A stretch of DNA of 15,955 nt from Azolla caroliniana. Lineage: Eukaryota; Plantae; Polypodiophyta. The position numbers and the translations under genes were made by a program. The stretch spans positions 1-15,955 of the forward strand of contig JBHGNT010000771.1 of assembly GCA_043228905.1 (NCBI GenBank), in the 5' to 3' direction. This document shows positions 1 through 10,841 of the stretch, piece by piece. The notes beneath the pieces are model-generated. The model had not been told where the DNA came from, did not search any database, and saw only the letters and a list, made by a program, of their open reading frames with translations. How positions within the stretch are numbered: position 1 is the first letter of the stretch; each line of letters starts with the position of its first letter.

Positions 1-31
1 ATTGGTCAAGTGGTCAGCTCTTGCTCTTGAG

Positions 32-49
32 ATATATATATATATATAT
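32..49. repeat. (AT)9 microsatellite
   Basis: Read directly: atatatatatatatatat. Confidence 0.95.
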
Positions 50-64
50 TAAAGTCTATCAGAG

Positions 65-585
65 AACTTGCTACTTATATTTGTGACAGCATCATGGCTA
101 GTGGACACACTATTTGTGATATATGGCTGCACCATATGCCAGTGGAGGGGTGACCATGGTGTTGATAAACTACCAGAATTGTGCATAGTGGCATTGTAGC
201 TCTAGCGTGGCTATATTTGAGTGAGTCATTTTGGCGGCGCAGGTCATGGAGAACTATTCATTTATGCTTGTAAATGTGGCTCCTAGATATGCATAGGAAT
301 CGACTTGCCCTCATAATCAGGTAAAGGCAACTTGTCTACGAGTTGGTGTGGTTGTATGCAGATGATGAATTTAGTCTTTCCTAGGTTGCCATCATCATAC
401 AGAAGAATGTGGATGGGTATACATAATACGTCAATACCCTCCCCAGTGTAATGTAGTTTGTTACCTTGTCAAGGTAACAGTTTGAAGAGGGTATGGAAGA
501 GTGGAGATCCCAGCTTCACGCCAATGGTGCTTGTGATTACCTCTAAGAGTCCTCTTGGACACCTAACTTATCCCTACACTTGCTC
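65..585 (-). mobile_element. Decayed non-LTR retrotransposon (LINE) reverse transcriptase fragment
   Basis: Manual minus-strand translation across frameshifts gives collinear LINE RT motifs: EQV*G*VRCPRGLLEVITSTIGVKLGSPLFHTLF (cf. GVKQGCPLSPxLF), YLDKV, GEGIDVLCIPIHILLYDDG (cf. LLYADD), NLGKTKFII, DSYAYLGATF, FSMTCAAK, ATLELQCHYAQF, NTMVTPPLAYGAAI. It carries stops, frameshifts and an apparent deletion between the YxDD and NLGKTK motifs. Confidence 0.85.
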
Positions 586-1778
586 TTTCTTTTCTTTACT
601 TTTTTTTTCGGGAGGGGGCGGGAGAGAGAAAGAGAGAGACAGGATAGGAATGATGGAGTGAAGTTACAAATCATTTTGTGGGGACAATGTGATCATGCAC
701 CGTTTCATATACAATATTTTGCCTAAAGGGATTACCAAAAAATTGTTTCATCAAAGTCGACTATGGTTTAGTTGTGGATGGGTGAATGAAATATCCATGT
801 TTGAGAGATTCTGAAACAAAATTAGAGCGAGAAAGTGGAATCAGAATATGTAAACAAAAAAACATTATATTTAGTATTCACAATATTAAAATGAATGGTG
901 CCTCTCTTTCCTTGTAAATTTCCATTTCCTTTTTTTCTCTCATAATTTTTACAGCATTGTTCTTCCCCCCCTCCCCCCCACAAAATAAAAAAAAAACCAA
1001 GAAAACCCTTTCACTATGTTGAAAGATGCCTAGTAGTGGTTGACTACAAGGTTTAAAGTTTTGGAAAATCTCAATTTTTATCTATGATGCGGTCACTATA
1101 TTTTAAACACTGACTAATAATATAAATTCTATGTGTTACATTTGTACCTTGCGTTTCCCTGTTCCCAAACCGTAGTCTATACTATATTACAGTCCACAAC
1201 CATCCTAGAGCAAAATGCTTTTTCCTTCTTTTTGCCTCCTCTATTGCGTCATTAATGTTTTTTGTTTTGCTTTTGGATGTCGATTGGTGTCTTGACCTTC
1301 TTTTGACCATCTTTCTTTACTTCTTTGTGGATCCTCCACTCCTTGTTTTCCTCTTTCTCATTAACCATGTTCTCCAAAATTCGTTTTTTAGGTTTGTGAG
1401 ATTGTGAAGTTCTCCATTAATAAATTTCTTAGAGAAGTATACAAGAGGTCTTGGTTGACTAGAATTACTCTTAACAAGTGACGAGTAATGATCACATCTT
1501 TTTTTACATAGCATGGAATGATTCACAAGTATACTAGTACCTCCAAGAATGATGAAGGAAGAGTTTGCTTGGTTTAATGTTCATAGTGAAATTACATATA
1601 TAGAGCTAGTTTGTTATACACTGAAAGAATTGGTATTCGTTTCTAACTTTTTTCTCAAAAGGCTAGAATTCTTTTAGAAGGGGTGCTTTACATTCAGCAG
1701 GTATGAAGATATGAAGAGATTATAACTGCCATTTTAACTCAGTTTGTAAATGTTGTTCTTTTTATGGCAATGATGTAG

Positions 1779-1823
1779 TAACTGGTGGCCTCAATCTAGT
1801 ACAACGGTTGACATCAACAGTTG
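1779..1823 (+). CDS. 45-nt internal exon (phase 1-1) of the conserved uncharacterized plant protein gene
   Basis: Acceptor tgatgtAG at 1777-1778 after a T-rich tract; donor GTGAGA at 1824. Open frame xTGGLNLVQRLTSTV. The final G joins CT at 1939 to make GCT in frame with the next exon. Intron is 115 nt. Confidence 0.7.
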
Positions 1824-1938
1824 GTGAGAGATCACATACAATTTTTTTATATTCTATTCGGATTTTTTTACCCTACAAATTTGAGTCGATGACAAACTGT
1901 TAGAAACATTAAATTTTGTATGATTATTACATACACAG

Positions 1939-2047
1939 CTGGAGCAACAGCAGCTGGCTACTGGATAGCGAAAAAATCTGTCAGTCCATGTATCGAGGAT
2001 ATATTAGCTCTTGATGGAAGCCGCCTTCAAGAGAAGTTAGCACTTAT
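1939..2047 (+). CDS. Internal exon of conserved uncharacterized plant protein
   Basis: Acceptor atacacAG 1937-1938, donor GTAAGT 2048. Only one frame is open: GATAAGYWIAKKSVSPCIEDILALDGSRLQEKLAL. It resembles a motif I recall from an angiosperm family of unknown function (GAAAFFGLWRF..SLDSCVDHILALDGSRMQKELA); recalled, not searched. Confidence 0.88.
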
Positions 2048-2167
2048 GTAAGTTCTCTACATTTTTTACTAGTTGCTGCGCTGTTCAGTTGATTTGATTT
2101 GATTTCCATGCGTTCCATTTACTTGCTTGATGCAAGAATTTTGAGGTGTCTCAAAAATGTTTCCTAG

Positions 2168-2453
2168 TTTGCAGAAAGAGCAGATTCATAACCTCAGGAT
2201 AAGGACACTGTTGGAAAAGCATTATTATCTTGAACCACTTTATACCGATAACAACCAAGATACACCGAGTGTTCTGATGCGCAAGAGGGATGATGCAAGT
2301 GGATCTTCAGAAAAGATGACTGAAAAAGTTGGTAATTCAGATGAAGACACACATGATTTACAGAAAGAGGTTAAGGTTCATGGGCTGAAACCACCGAAAA
2401 GAGTAGCATCAGTGGAAAATTTAGAGTCTCAAGGAGGTAACCAAGCACATATG
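2168..2453 (+). CDS. Internal exon of conserved uncharacterized plant protein
   Basis: Acceptor ttcctAG 2166-2167 after a 120-nt intron; AT+T = ATT keeps the frame of ORF 2157-2462. Encodes LQKEQIHNLRIRTLLEKHYYLEPLYTDNNQDTPSVLMRKR (cf. recalled LISKHFYSEKVFDD..DRPKLRWRYR), then a low-complexity charged linker. Donor GTGAGT at 2454, phase 0. Confidence 0.88.
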
Positions 2454-2597
2454 GTGAGTTAGACATTTAGATTGTACATGGTAACGTATATGGCTAAACA
2501 TCACTTAAATTCAATGTTTAAGTTATGAATGTTTTTAGGATGATGTGTATCTATTGGTAGGGTTTAACAAATATTTGTATCACTTCCCTTTTGTTAG

Positions 2598-2810
2598 CAT
2601 AATGAGAGCATTGAATATCCGTTCAGCACTTTAGTATGGGATGATGATGATGTAGAAGACACAGCAAAGGGGATGAATATCAAACATGGAACGAAACCTC
2701 GAAGTCATAAGAATAAGATGGGGGTACTTGAACGTAGAGAATACAATCGAATGCGATATCTTCATTGGGAGGAGAAGAGAAATGCAAGTAAGTCCGAGGA
2801 ATCATCATGA
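2598..2810 (+). CDS. Terminal exon of conserved uncharacterized plant protein
   Basis: Acceptor cttcccttttgttAG 2596-2597 after a 144-nt intron. Phase-0 open frame of 70 codons, HNESIEYPFSTLVWDDDDVED...RREYNRMRYLHWEEKRNASKSEESS, stop TGA 2808-2810. Confidence 0.85.
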   Translation, partial: HNESIEYPFSTLVWDDDDVEDTAKGMNIKHGTKPRSHKNKMGVLERREYNRMRYLHWEEKRNASKSEESS

Positions 2811-2989
2811 AAGAGGCTTGTAGCATAGACTTGGAATTAATTTTTATCTGGCTTTATTTTATACTCAAGAAGAAAAGGGAATTTTTAGAAGGAAACAAAA
2901 GGGCTATTTTATGTCTGAATTTAAAGAAGCTTAATCACTTTATAAACTAAGTTCTCCTTTTGATTAAGTCTCTTTTTTTCATGGAATGT

Positions 2990-3650
2990 ACAAACCCGTT
3001 TATTGAACATGATGATGTCTCTTGGACCAAAAATAGAAATGAGACATTTTTTAACACATGGTCTATCGGTCAAACATATTCCTTGATACAAGCAACAAAT
3101 ACACGCTCTGTTAATAGTAGTGGAAGTTTTCTCGATGATGGGGTTGTAAGCAAGGTTCCATCACCCCAATTCACATCCACAATATGTGATCAATTTTAAG
3201 GAGAACAATCATAGTATTTAGAAGCTTCACGAAACTCAAGGCAAAAATGAACAATATATGGAAAGGAGTGGTGTTACATGCGAGGGATAGATTTTCCTTC
3301 GTGTCCTAGCAATTCATTGCTCATATGGCAGCAATTTATCAATCGCCATGGATGACGTGACATAATCTAATAACCGAGTTTATACATGGTGATTGACTAA
3401 CTCTACTTCTAAAGACTCAAAATAGTAGCGGTTTGGATACATTCTCATACTTAGCAAATATAACGGATACAATAATGCAAAGGAACAAGGTTGTAAACTT
3501 TCCACAAATATTCCAATGACACCCTCAATGTGCATGTATGTTGAGAATAGTATCAATTCAATATTGCGATGAGAACAAGGCTTGGTAATGTTTAGTGGGC
3601 TCTCAAGCAAACGATAGTGAAATGCTTAGTGGATCAAAATAATGTGTAAT
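2990..3650 (+). mobile_element. Possible decayed L1-type LINE ORF2 C-terminal (zf-RVT-like) segment
   Basis: Across frameshifts: DVSW...FNTWSIGQTYSLIQ, NNIWKGVVLHARDRF, SNSLLIW, ID*LYF*RLKIVAVW. The order resembles the plant L1 C-terminal region (IWK...P+.K.F.W..L.N.L ... IDHLFF.C...VW). Very degenerate. Confidence 0.35.
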
Positions 3651-3659
3651 TAATTGCGG

Positions 3660-5450
3660 TTTAACATCAGGACTCTTTAGATTAAATGTGGGAAGGTATT
3701 AAAAGAATAATAAAGGGATGTAAGATATGCCTACCAAGGGTTTTGTTTGTTGACATAGCTCACACTTGCTTGATTATAGCTATCTCCAACTTTGTCAGGG
3801 TAGGGAAGGGTCGAACTAGTAGAGTTGAAATTGTTAGTCCATGGGACTCAGAAGCAAAGGTAAGGTCATTATTACAACATAGGTGTATAGATATCCTTGT
3901 TGAAGGTGTTAAGAAAGATAAACGTAAATTTGGAAACATTAGTGGGTCCCATTTATATAATCATGAACATTATATTGTTGAAGGTGTTAAGAAAGATAAA
4001 CGTAAATTTGGAAACATTAGTGGGTCTCTTTTATATAATCATGAACAATATATAAATTTGTGTTAGAAAAATTAATTATGCAAAAGGAAATTATCCTCGA
4101 CGTTAGTTAACTCATAATTCTAAGTTATAACTTATCACATAATTACATATAATGTTAATCGAGATCATGAGCATTGCTTGGTTATTTTTACCTTTTATTG
4201 ATAAGGCAATGCTTTCATCGTCGTCTTTGTATTGTGAAACTGTGATAATGTCAATGTTGTATCAACAACTTTTAAGAGAAACTCATAGTCGTATGATCTC
4301 AATTAAAATTACATGGACTTTTCATAATGAGCACGTACATCATCATACACAAGCTACTAAAGGCCTAAATTCACAACCTTAAGGTACAAAGTACAGGATT
4401 CACCTCCATATCATCTTGTTTGCATATTGAAATTCTATCAAATTTGACATAAAAGACAAATTAAATGCTTTTGCATTGCACTATAGGACACAATGCCTTA
4501 TAGGTCTTGCATTTTAATGGCGAATATTATATTTAAATTGGGAAAATGCATGCTTTTTCAGTACAATGTCTCTTTTTAATGACATATATGTATGGTTAAT
4601 GAAAACCATTTGGGAGATAAATGGGACCCATAAAAATGGTAGGGGAGGACCTCTTTTGGTAGTGTGAACAATATAACATACGTGGATCATGCATCATTCA
4701 TAGGGTTTTCTTGTGCAACTTGATCAATGGGGGTATCAATGGTCAAATTTATTGTCTCGTGTTATATTGTGGATGAATTGTGTGTGTCTATGCACACACA
4801 ACTGTGACAGAAACAGAGATCTAAAGTCCCTGATGTTAATAGTGTAAATAAGGCTAGGAAATGGTAAATTTATTGTTTAGGGAATTGCATCCCCTCAAGT
4901 CATAAACAAGCATATCTTTTGAGGTGAGACTTTAATGTTTGTTGCATTTGTTATTTTTGTTCGTACAAGTGATTGGCTTGTATGCCCATGTGTTATGTTC
5001 AGTTCGTGAGAAGAGAGTGACTTTTTTACTTGATCAATATTGTATAATCTATTGTCTAAAGCACTCGAAACATAGGAACATAGCCATGTGAGCAAAGCAT
5101 AGTTTTGTATTGCTAATGTGGTCTAAGTTATGGATCTCAAAATCAAAAGGAAAGAATTTGGAAGAAATGCACCGATAATTTATACATGATCCTATACAGC
5201 AAGGGAGAGGGGATCATGTGTTTGTTTTTCTACCACTTTTGACACACAAATACAAAAATATTGGATGTCATTAGTATAAAACAACTTTATAACATCCATA
5301 AATTGGACAATTTTTCTAGTTTTCAAATATTGTCCCAAGTGATGGTGACAGCCACTTTCAAGAATGAAATCAATGCAATGACAAAAACGTCGTGGAATTT
5401 TTAGGTTTCAACAAGGTGAAGGTATTTATGATGTTCTAGTAACAAGAGAG
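3660..5450 (-). mobile_element. Decayed L1-type LINE ORF2 (APE endonuclease through start of RT)
   Basis: Collinear minus-strand remnants: IIGAFLPNS...RSIT*TTLA...WLC (about 5080-5185), TLDLCF (about 4810-4830), FDH*YPI (cf. SDHxPI, about 4730-4750), FLLKVVDTTLTLSQFHN (cf. WLxxGDxxTxFFH, about 4230-4285), CS*LYKRD, LLVRPF...EI...V*AMSTNKTLG (cf. PxTxxEI..AV..M..NKxPG, about 3730-3825). Many stops are consistent with C-to-T decay. Boundaries approximate. Confidence 0.55.
3897..4052. repeat. 78-bp tandem duplication (2 copies)
   Basis: 3897-3974 and 3975-4052 both begin ttgttgaaggtgttaagaaagataaacg; 3 mismatches in 78 bp by manual comparison. Confidence 0.97.
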
Positions 5451-6079
5451 CATTTGGTGGTGTTTCTTACATCTGTAGATGAACCACTTCCATAACATGT
5501 AAAAACTGTCACATGCTACGTCCTTTTGAAAAAACATTACTTACCTTACAAGAGAGGGATGTGAGAATTCATTCGTAGGCGGAAAGCAACTAATTATAAG
5601 CGATAGAATATATCCACATCTTGATTTGGTGTCAATTATGCATAAAAGTTCAAACTTATCAATCATATCTTTATGACAATGATGAGGCAAATAAGGGTAA
5701 ACAATAATCAAGATTCCAACTAACTACAAAAGTGAACCCTTGTGTGTGAAGTAACAATCGAGGAAAATTAGAAAGTGGGGTTCGCGTACCTAGTCACATA
5801 TCTTCATCATGGTGTAATAATATCATCATTTTATGTGTTGATGAACATCTGTATAGTATGAAAATATGTTGTGTATTTGTATAGAAATTTGAATGTTGTG
5901 ATTGTGAGTGAAAAAACGTGGCCACTTGTTGAGGTGATATCATGTTTGTTGTTCTAGTGAGAACCATTGCCATTAACACGGAAGAGAGTCTTAGTACTTA
6001 CCCTCTAGATGTAATGGTGGCTTGTTTCAAACCGTGATTCCTCAACTCTAAAATGTTGTTGCATGTCAAACGCTTCAAT

Positions 6080-7350
6080 TCGGTTGGAGTGCATGATGAG
6101 ATTATTCAATATAATCTTACTCATATATGCCAGTCGGTGGGTTACTTGAGTGTGACTTACTTCCCCTTGAATAATCATGGAATCGTGGTTCATGTTCATT
6201 GAAGGTACACCCACAAATAATTGTTCTGTTCAAACTCAAAACCAACTCTCATAATGTAATAGAGACCTCAATCTAATTGGGTGCAAACTAATTATATTAC
6301 GCATTTTCAATTAAATATAATCTCAAAGCACTATGATTGCTAACACACGTCGTCCAAATGGAAATATCACCTTATCCAATCACGTGTTCAAGAACCTTGT
6401 GTATTGAAATTGATATCTATTTTAGGCCATAAGGACTAAAGCAACTAGGATAGCCATCCTACTTTGAATTCAAGATGTCTAAATCATGTTGACAATAATA
6501 ATGAAACAAATCCAACTTTTTAGGTCAGCAAGACAAGACATTGAATATCATATTGCTCATTCCATGGTTACGACTTGAATTCTAATCAAAACATTGTTTG
6601 ATCTCCATAGTCTAAGGCTTGCCTATTGTGCAAACATAGATAATGGTGCCCATACCCATTTTTATAAGGATGAAAATAAGTCTTTCGTACTAGTTAGATC
6701 ATTGCATCCCTAATCTTATATTGGAATATCAAGAATTGGCGATTACAATGTTAATATGAGCACGACGAAAGAAATGGGTGACTAGTTGGCCACCTAATGA
6801 TGTAGACAACAATGAAGATTGACAATGAACAAGGAACATGTCTTTTTGTGAATGGAACTTGATAAGGTTTAGAGCGAGTGTAAAAACCTAGTATTTTGAA
6901 CTTCACTAATTGCACTTGCCTACCTTCTCAAGACGGAACCGACACTTGGTGAATGCCAAGTAGAAGGGAAGTAGCCAATGCACTTGTTCTGCTATCAAAA
7001 GTCATGGGGGAAAGAGATACTTTCCAAGCGAGTTGGTTCTCACTCAACATTTCACTCCTCAAGTTAGAGAGTAATATCGTAGGCGGGTGGCTATCCAACT
7101 CAGTTTAAAGAGAATTGGTGTAGCCTGCACTAGTTACAACCCTTAAAGACTTGGGCAAAGTGTGAAACCATGTGATTGTCATCTATCTAATACCTCAATT
7201 CTATCAATTCAATCCTTGAAAACCATGACCAACGTTGAGTTATATCTTGACACCGAGTGAACATGATGAGCTACATATGAAATAAAGTTGGTAATCCTAT
7301 GAAAATACCTTTGTTTCAAGTCAAGACATCATGTCAATGATTGTACATGA
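6080..7350 (+). mobile_element. Possible highly decayed Ty1/Copia pol (RT-RNase H) relic
   Basis: Weak motifs in the expected order across frameshifts: NNHGIVVHVH*RYTHK, TSI*LGAN, FQLNIIS, VVQME, CVLKLISI / GLKQLG*PSY (cf. CKLxKSIYGLKQSGRxWY, about 6400-6460), HVDN, ALAYLLKTEP, VELYLD...KVGNP...FKSRHH (cf. LYCD...LAxNPVFHxRTKH). No LTRs seen. Confidence 0.33.
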
Positions 7351-8479
7351 ACAACTGCAAAAGGTTGTCCTAATTTATAATTAATATATAAATATAACAA
7401 CACAAACGCAAAGGAAATTCTTTAATACTCTAGTTAGCTTTTGCATTTGTTTTCCATTTTTTTAAAAGAAACTTTATTTACATCCTAATGTGGTTCCATT
7501 AAAGTATATGGTGTACTAAAAGTATATGCTACTTGAGTTGTGGGCCATCTCTATCAACATGTGACAAGAAAACTGAATTAACATCTAGATTGTCGACATA
7601 TTTATCGTATGAGAATTAAACTCAAAGGGAAACGGAGGTCAACAATCATATCATAGTGCTTTCTTTAACAATGATTTGAGAGTTTATTTTTGTTTGTTTG
7701 CTAGCTAGCCTCTAAAAAATCCTACAAATTTTCTAGCCATAGCAAGGTGTAATCAAGCTATGGTGTAATTGTGTGTGGATGAGAGCAAGAAAGAGATTAC
7801 AATGATGATGTGTTATTAACCTTAGATAACCACCCTACGGGCCCATGAAAGCATGAGAGCAAGAGGGCCATAATCTTATGGATAGTAGCGTGAGTTATGG
7901 TCGACCTAAAAAAACATTGCAACGAGAGTTTTATGTCTCATCATCTTAAGATTGATATAATGTAGAGGAGGAAAAAGATACACCAACATCTTTTAAGAGG
8001 TCGCCTTCAGGTCAAAATGGAGTATCAAACCATAAAACAAAATCGTGGGTTTTCTTTTACATGACTTTGAGTTTTTTCATAAATGATAAAGAAGCTCATT
8101 GCTAATAACAAAATGTATGTGTTTGCATTGTCATATATTTCCCTCATTGCTCATGGCTTTCTTAAATGCTCTTGGCAAGAAATTAGTATTTGTTATGACA
8201 TCATATTCCCATCTAACTTTTATGCGATCACACATGAGTTTTGAAAGGGTATGGGTGGCCAAACTGTACGTCTTACATATGCCTATGTTCAAATCTCACC
8301 ATGTGGAGGAGCATTTTATTAGATAACATTGCGTCCTTGTGTGACGAGGATTTCGTTACTTCGATTTGAATTGTTCTCTGGTTTGTGGAATCCCTTCCTC
8401 CCTCCTCTCTACCGATACATATAGTTACATATGAATGATTGTGCGTGCATGTGTGAAGTACCTTTTCATAGGCTCCAAC

Positions 8480-9600
8480 ATGTTCGTTTTTACTCTAGTT
8501 TGATTCCTCACAAAAATGTTCATCTTCCAAACGTTGAGTCTCTTAAATTGTTTTCTTTCCCTCTTGTGTGTCTATGTATTGGACCATAAGAGCAAATATA
8601 AATTAAATTACCTTATAATACTTGTCCCCATAGTTTCAAAATATCTTTTCAGATATGGAATTAGTGACCATACCTTTCGTTTTCCTTAACAAAATGTATG
8701 ATATGAAGGAATGGACATACAATATACACCCATATTTCCTTTTCATGCATTGAACATATAGCAAACTATGAGACACCGACTCAAATTGTATAAAATTTAT
8801 ATGTATTTACTCTCATGCATATGTTCCCGTTGTGTGTATTTCAAACCATCAAACTCAATAATGTAATTATTTAGAAGAAAGGAAACTTTTTTTGGAACAA
8901 TTAGGGCAAAACGGTCAACAACTCTCAAAAGGAAAGACATGGTTCCTCTTACATATAGTTCCTCACAACAATAATACTTGAATTGTTGCTCTCTTAGATC
9001 ATTTATATTTTGAGTATTGGATCCACCACATAACATCATTTATGATTGCCAACACTCCTTTTTTTCTTCACCCTGTGTACTAAAGGAATATTGTAGGAAG
9101 TCCACCTAGCTACTCCACATTCTAGCAAAGTTCCCTACTATGCATACTACAATCAAGTAGTTGGTTAGCCAATGTGCAATGTTACTAACAACTATTAAAA
9201 CATCCTTTTCTCTATATTTCCTTCAAGGACCTAGGAATATAACAGCTTTTGGAGGGCCATTCTTGAAGTTAGGTAATTGACGTTAGCCTAGACCCTACTT
9301 GGAACAACATACTTGATCAATATCGTAGATTACTTGGCAAAGAGAATAAATGTTGCAACACCAAGTAATGATTTCATTTATTGATATATGACATGTAGTT
9401 TTATGTCAGGATATATGGATATTTATTTATTTTTCCAAAAAAAGATATGTGGATATTTTAACTTGTAGTTTGTATGGCCATCTCCATTATATGGTCCTTG
9501 CTATAGTAACTATCTTTTGCATTTTAATGGTTTTTGAGCTTTGTGATACGTTCCTCTCCCCCCTTCCTTTCCATCCAAATTAATAGAAAACATTTCACTA
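8480..9600 (-). mobile_element. Decayed hAT-superfamily transposase (DUF659-like core to C-terminal dimerisation region)
   Basis: Collinear minus-strand remnants across frameshifts: FSINLDG (cf. CSIxxDGW), IVT../GPY, ATFI, LCQVIYDID, KYVV/QV, KLLYS, LKEI, NIAHWLTNY, LLECGVARWTSY (cf. LLxPGxTRFAS), FKYYCCEELY, FLLRVVDR, FESVSHSLLYV (cf. HSPLHAAAY), F*NYG, TQRLED/IFVRN (cf. QRLEDLVFVxxN). No TIRs identified. Confidence 0.68.
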
Positions 9601-10722
9601 GTTGTTACATAGATGCAAAAGGGAGATTAAAGGGTTCAAAGGAACTCGAAAGATTTGCCTGAATAGGGGTGCTAACTTAGGTGAACTTCCCCCATCTAAC
9701 CCTATTATGTAGTTCAATTATATTCAATAAGAAGTAATACATTTAGCATATCGAGACTCTACACACGCATGAGCAAAAAAGCATGTGTATTACCTTCATG
9801 AACACATGTATCGAGAAATATGAACAATAATGGTGTGGTATATTCATAACTAGATAACAACGGTATCTTACACTCGCGACTTTTTCAATAGACGAGACAT
9901 GATTTTCAAGTCAACCATGTGCGAACCTAATGCATGAGATGCAAATATACATTTATAAAGCTAACTCTCTATAATGCTTTTTATGTGTTAAATTTTTTTT
10001 ATGTGAGCAACAATAAACTTGACAACATAGTGTGCATATCTCCTAAATATTTGCACATGCTATATGTTGATTAACAAGAAATGGATGCATAGATGAAAGT
10101 GATTCTATCAACTTCTCTGTTTTGTTGTTTGAAGCATTTGATGACACTTGTTCTAGAGAACATGGGGCCATGTGTTGCCAGTAGTATCCCACTTGAGAAT
10201 TGTGTGCTTCTTCGTGGCGTTCTCATACCAAAGCTTCTTGACTTGCAACTAACAATTGGAAATGTCACATCTATCTATTTCAACCTTGTAGAAAAGCCAA
10301 GAATGATGTGAATTATAAGCGTAAAAAGGATGTTCTTCATCCTCATATAGAATTCATCGAAGTGTTGTGTTATTCATCTATCTTTTTTTGGTATTTAATT
10401 GTTTCAACCTCACAGAAATGCCAAACATGTTATGCATTTTAAGTATAAGAATGATGCCCCTTCATCCTTGCATGATTAATCTAAATGACATGAGTAATGA
10501 TATTCCCAAATAAAAAATTACATTACTCATAAGTTCTATTCCAACCTATATATGATGCCTATGAATGTGGCCACTATGGCAACGTTTACATATGAAATCA
10601 ACCATGAATACATATGAAATCAACTATTAGCATGTGTCCATTCATTTGAAATTCAATAATTATATTATACGGATATTGGCTTGGTCATTTAAACCACAAC
10701 ATAAAGATAATAAATTTGAGGG

Positions 10723-10841
10723 AACCGAGATTCGGTTCTCGCCATAGGTTAGGCCTCGTCTCATTGTTTGCAATCAGTCCTCCGTGGATGTTCCATCTAT
10801 AGAGAAAGATTGCTTTTGCTATTGTTGTTATTGAGAAAGGG
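10723..10841. other. 119-bp insertion in the PPR relic flanked by GAGGG direct repeats
   Basis: GAGGG at 10718-10722 and 10842-10846. Removing the insert joins MSIQRGN to PSNLLSLCCGLND, restoring PPR-like spacing before YNIII. Confidence 0.4.

Noticed and set aside
1034-1184. Possible 150-bp MITE (tagt..gactac..ggttt ... aaacc.gtagtc..acta)
   Set aside because: The terminal match is short and gapped with no clear TSD; it cannot be supported without other copies.
2157-2462. ORF 2157-2462 as a standalone 101-aa gene
   Set aside because: Its ATG lies in the intron acceptor region; it is better explained as internal exon 2168-2453.
3943-4630. Exact 14-bp inverted repeat TGGGTCCCATTTAT (3943-3956) / ATAAATGGGACCCA (4617-4630) as MITE TIRs
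   Set aside because: Flanks do not give a clean TSD (TAG vs TAA), and L1-like coding remnants appear to run through both sites; probably chance.
7770-8460. ORF 8099-8326 and surrounding coding-like sequence
   Set aside because: No consistent motif series on either strand; left unassigned.
10587-10624. 16-bp direct repeat TACATATGAAATCAAC (period 22)
   Set aside because: Real but trivial local duplication within a pseudogene.
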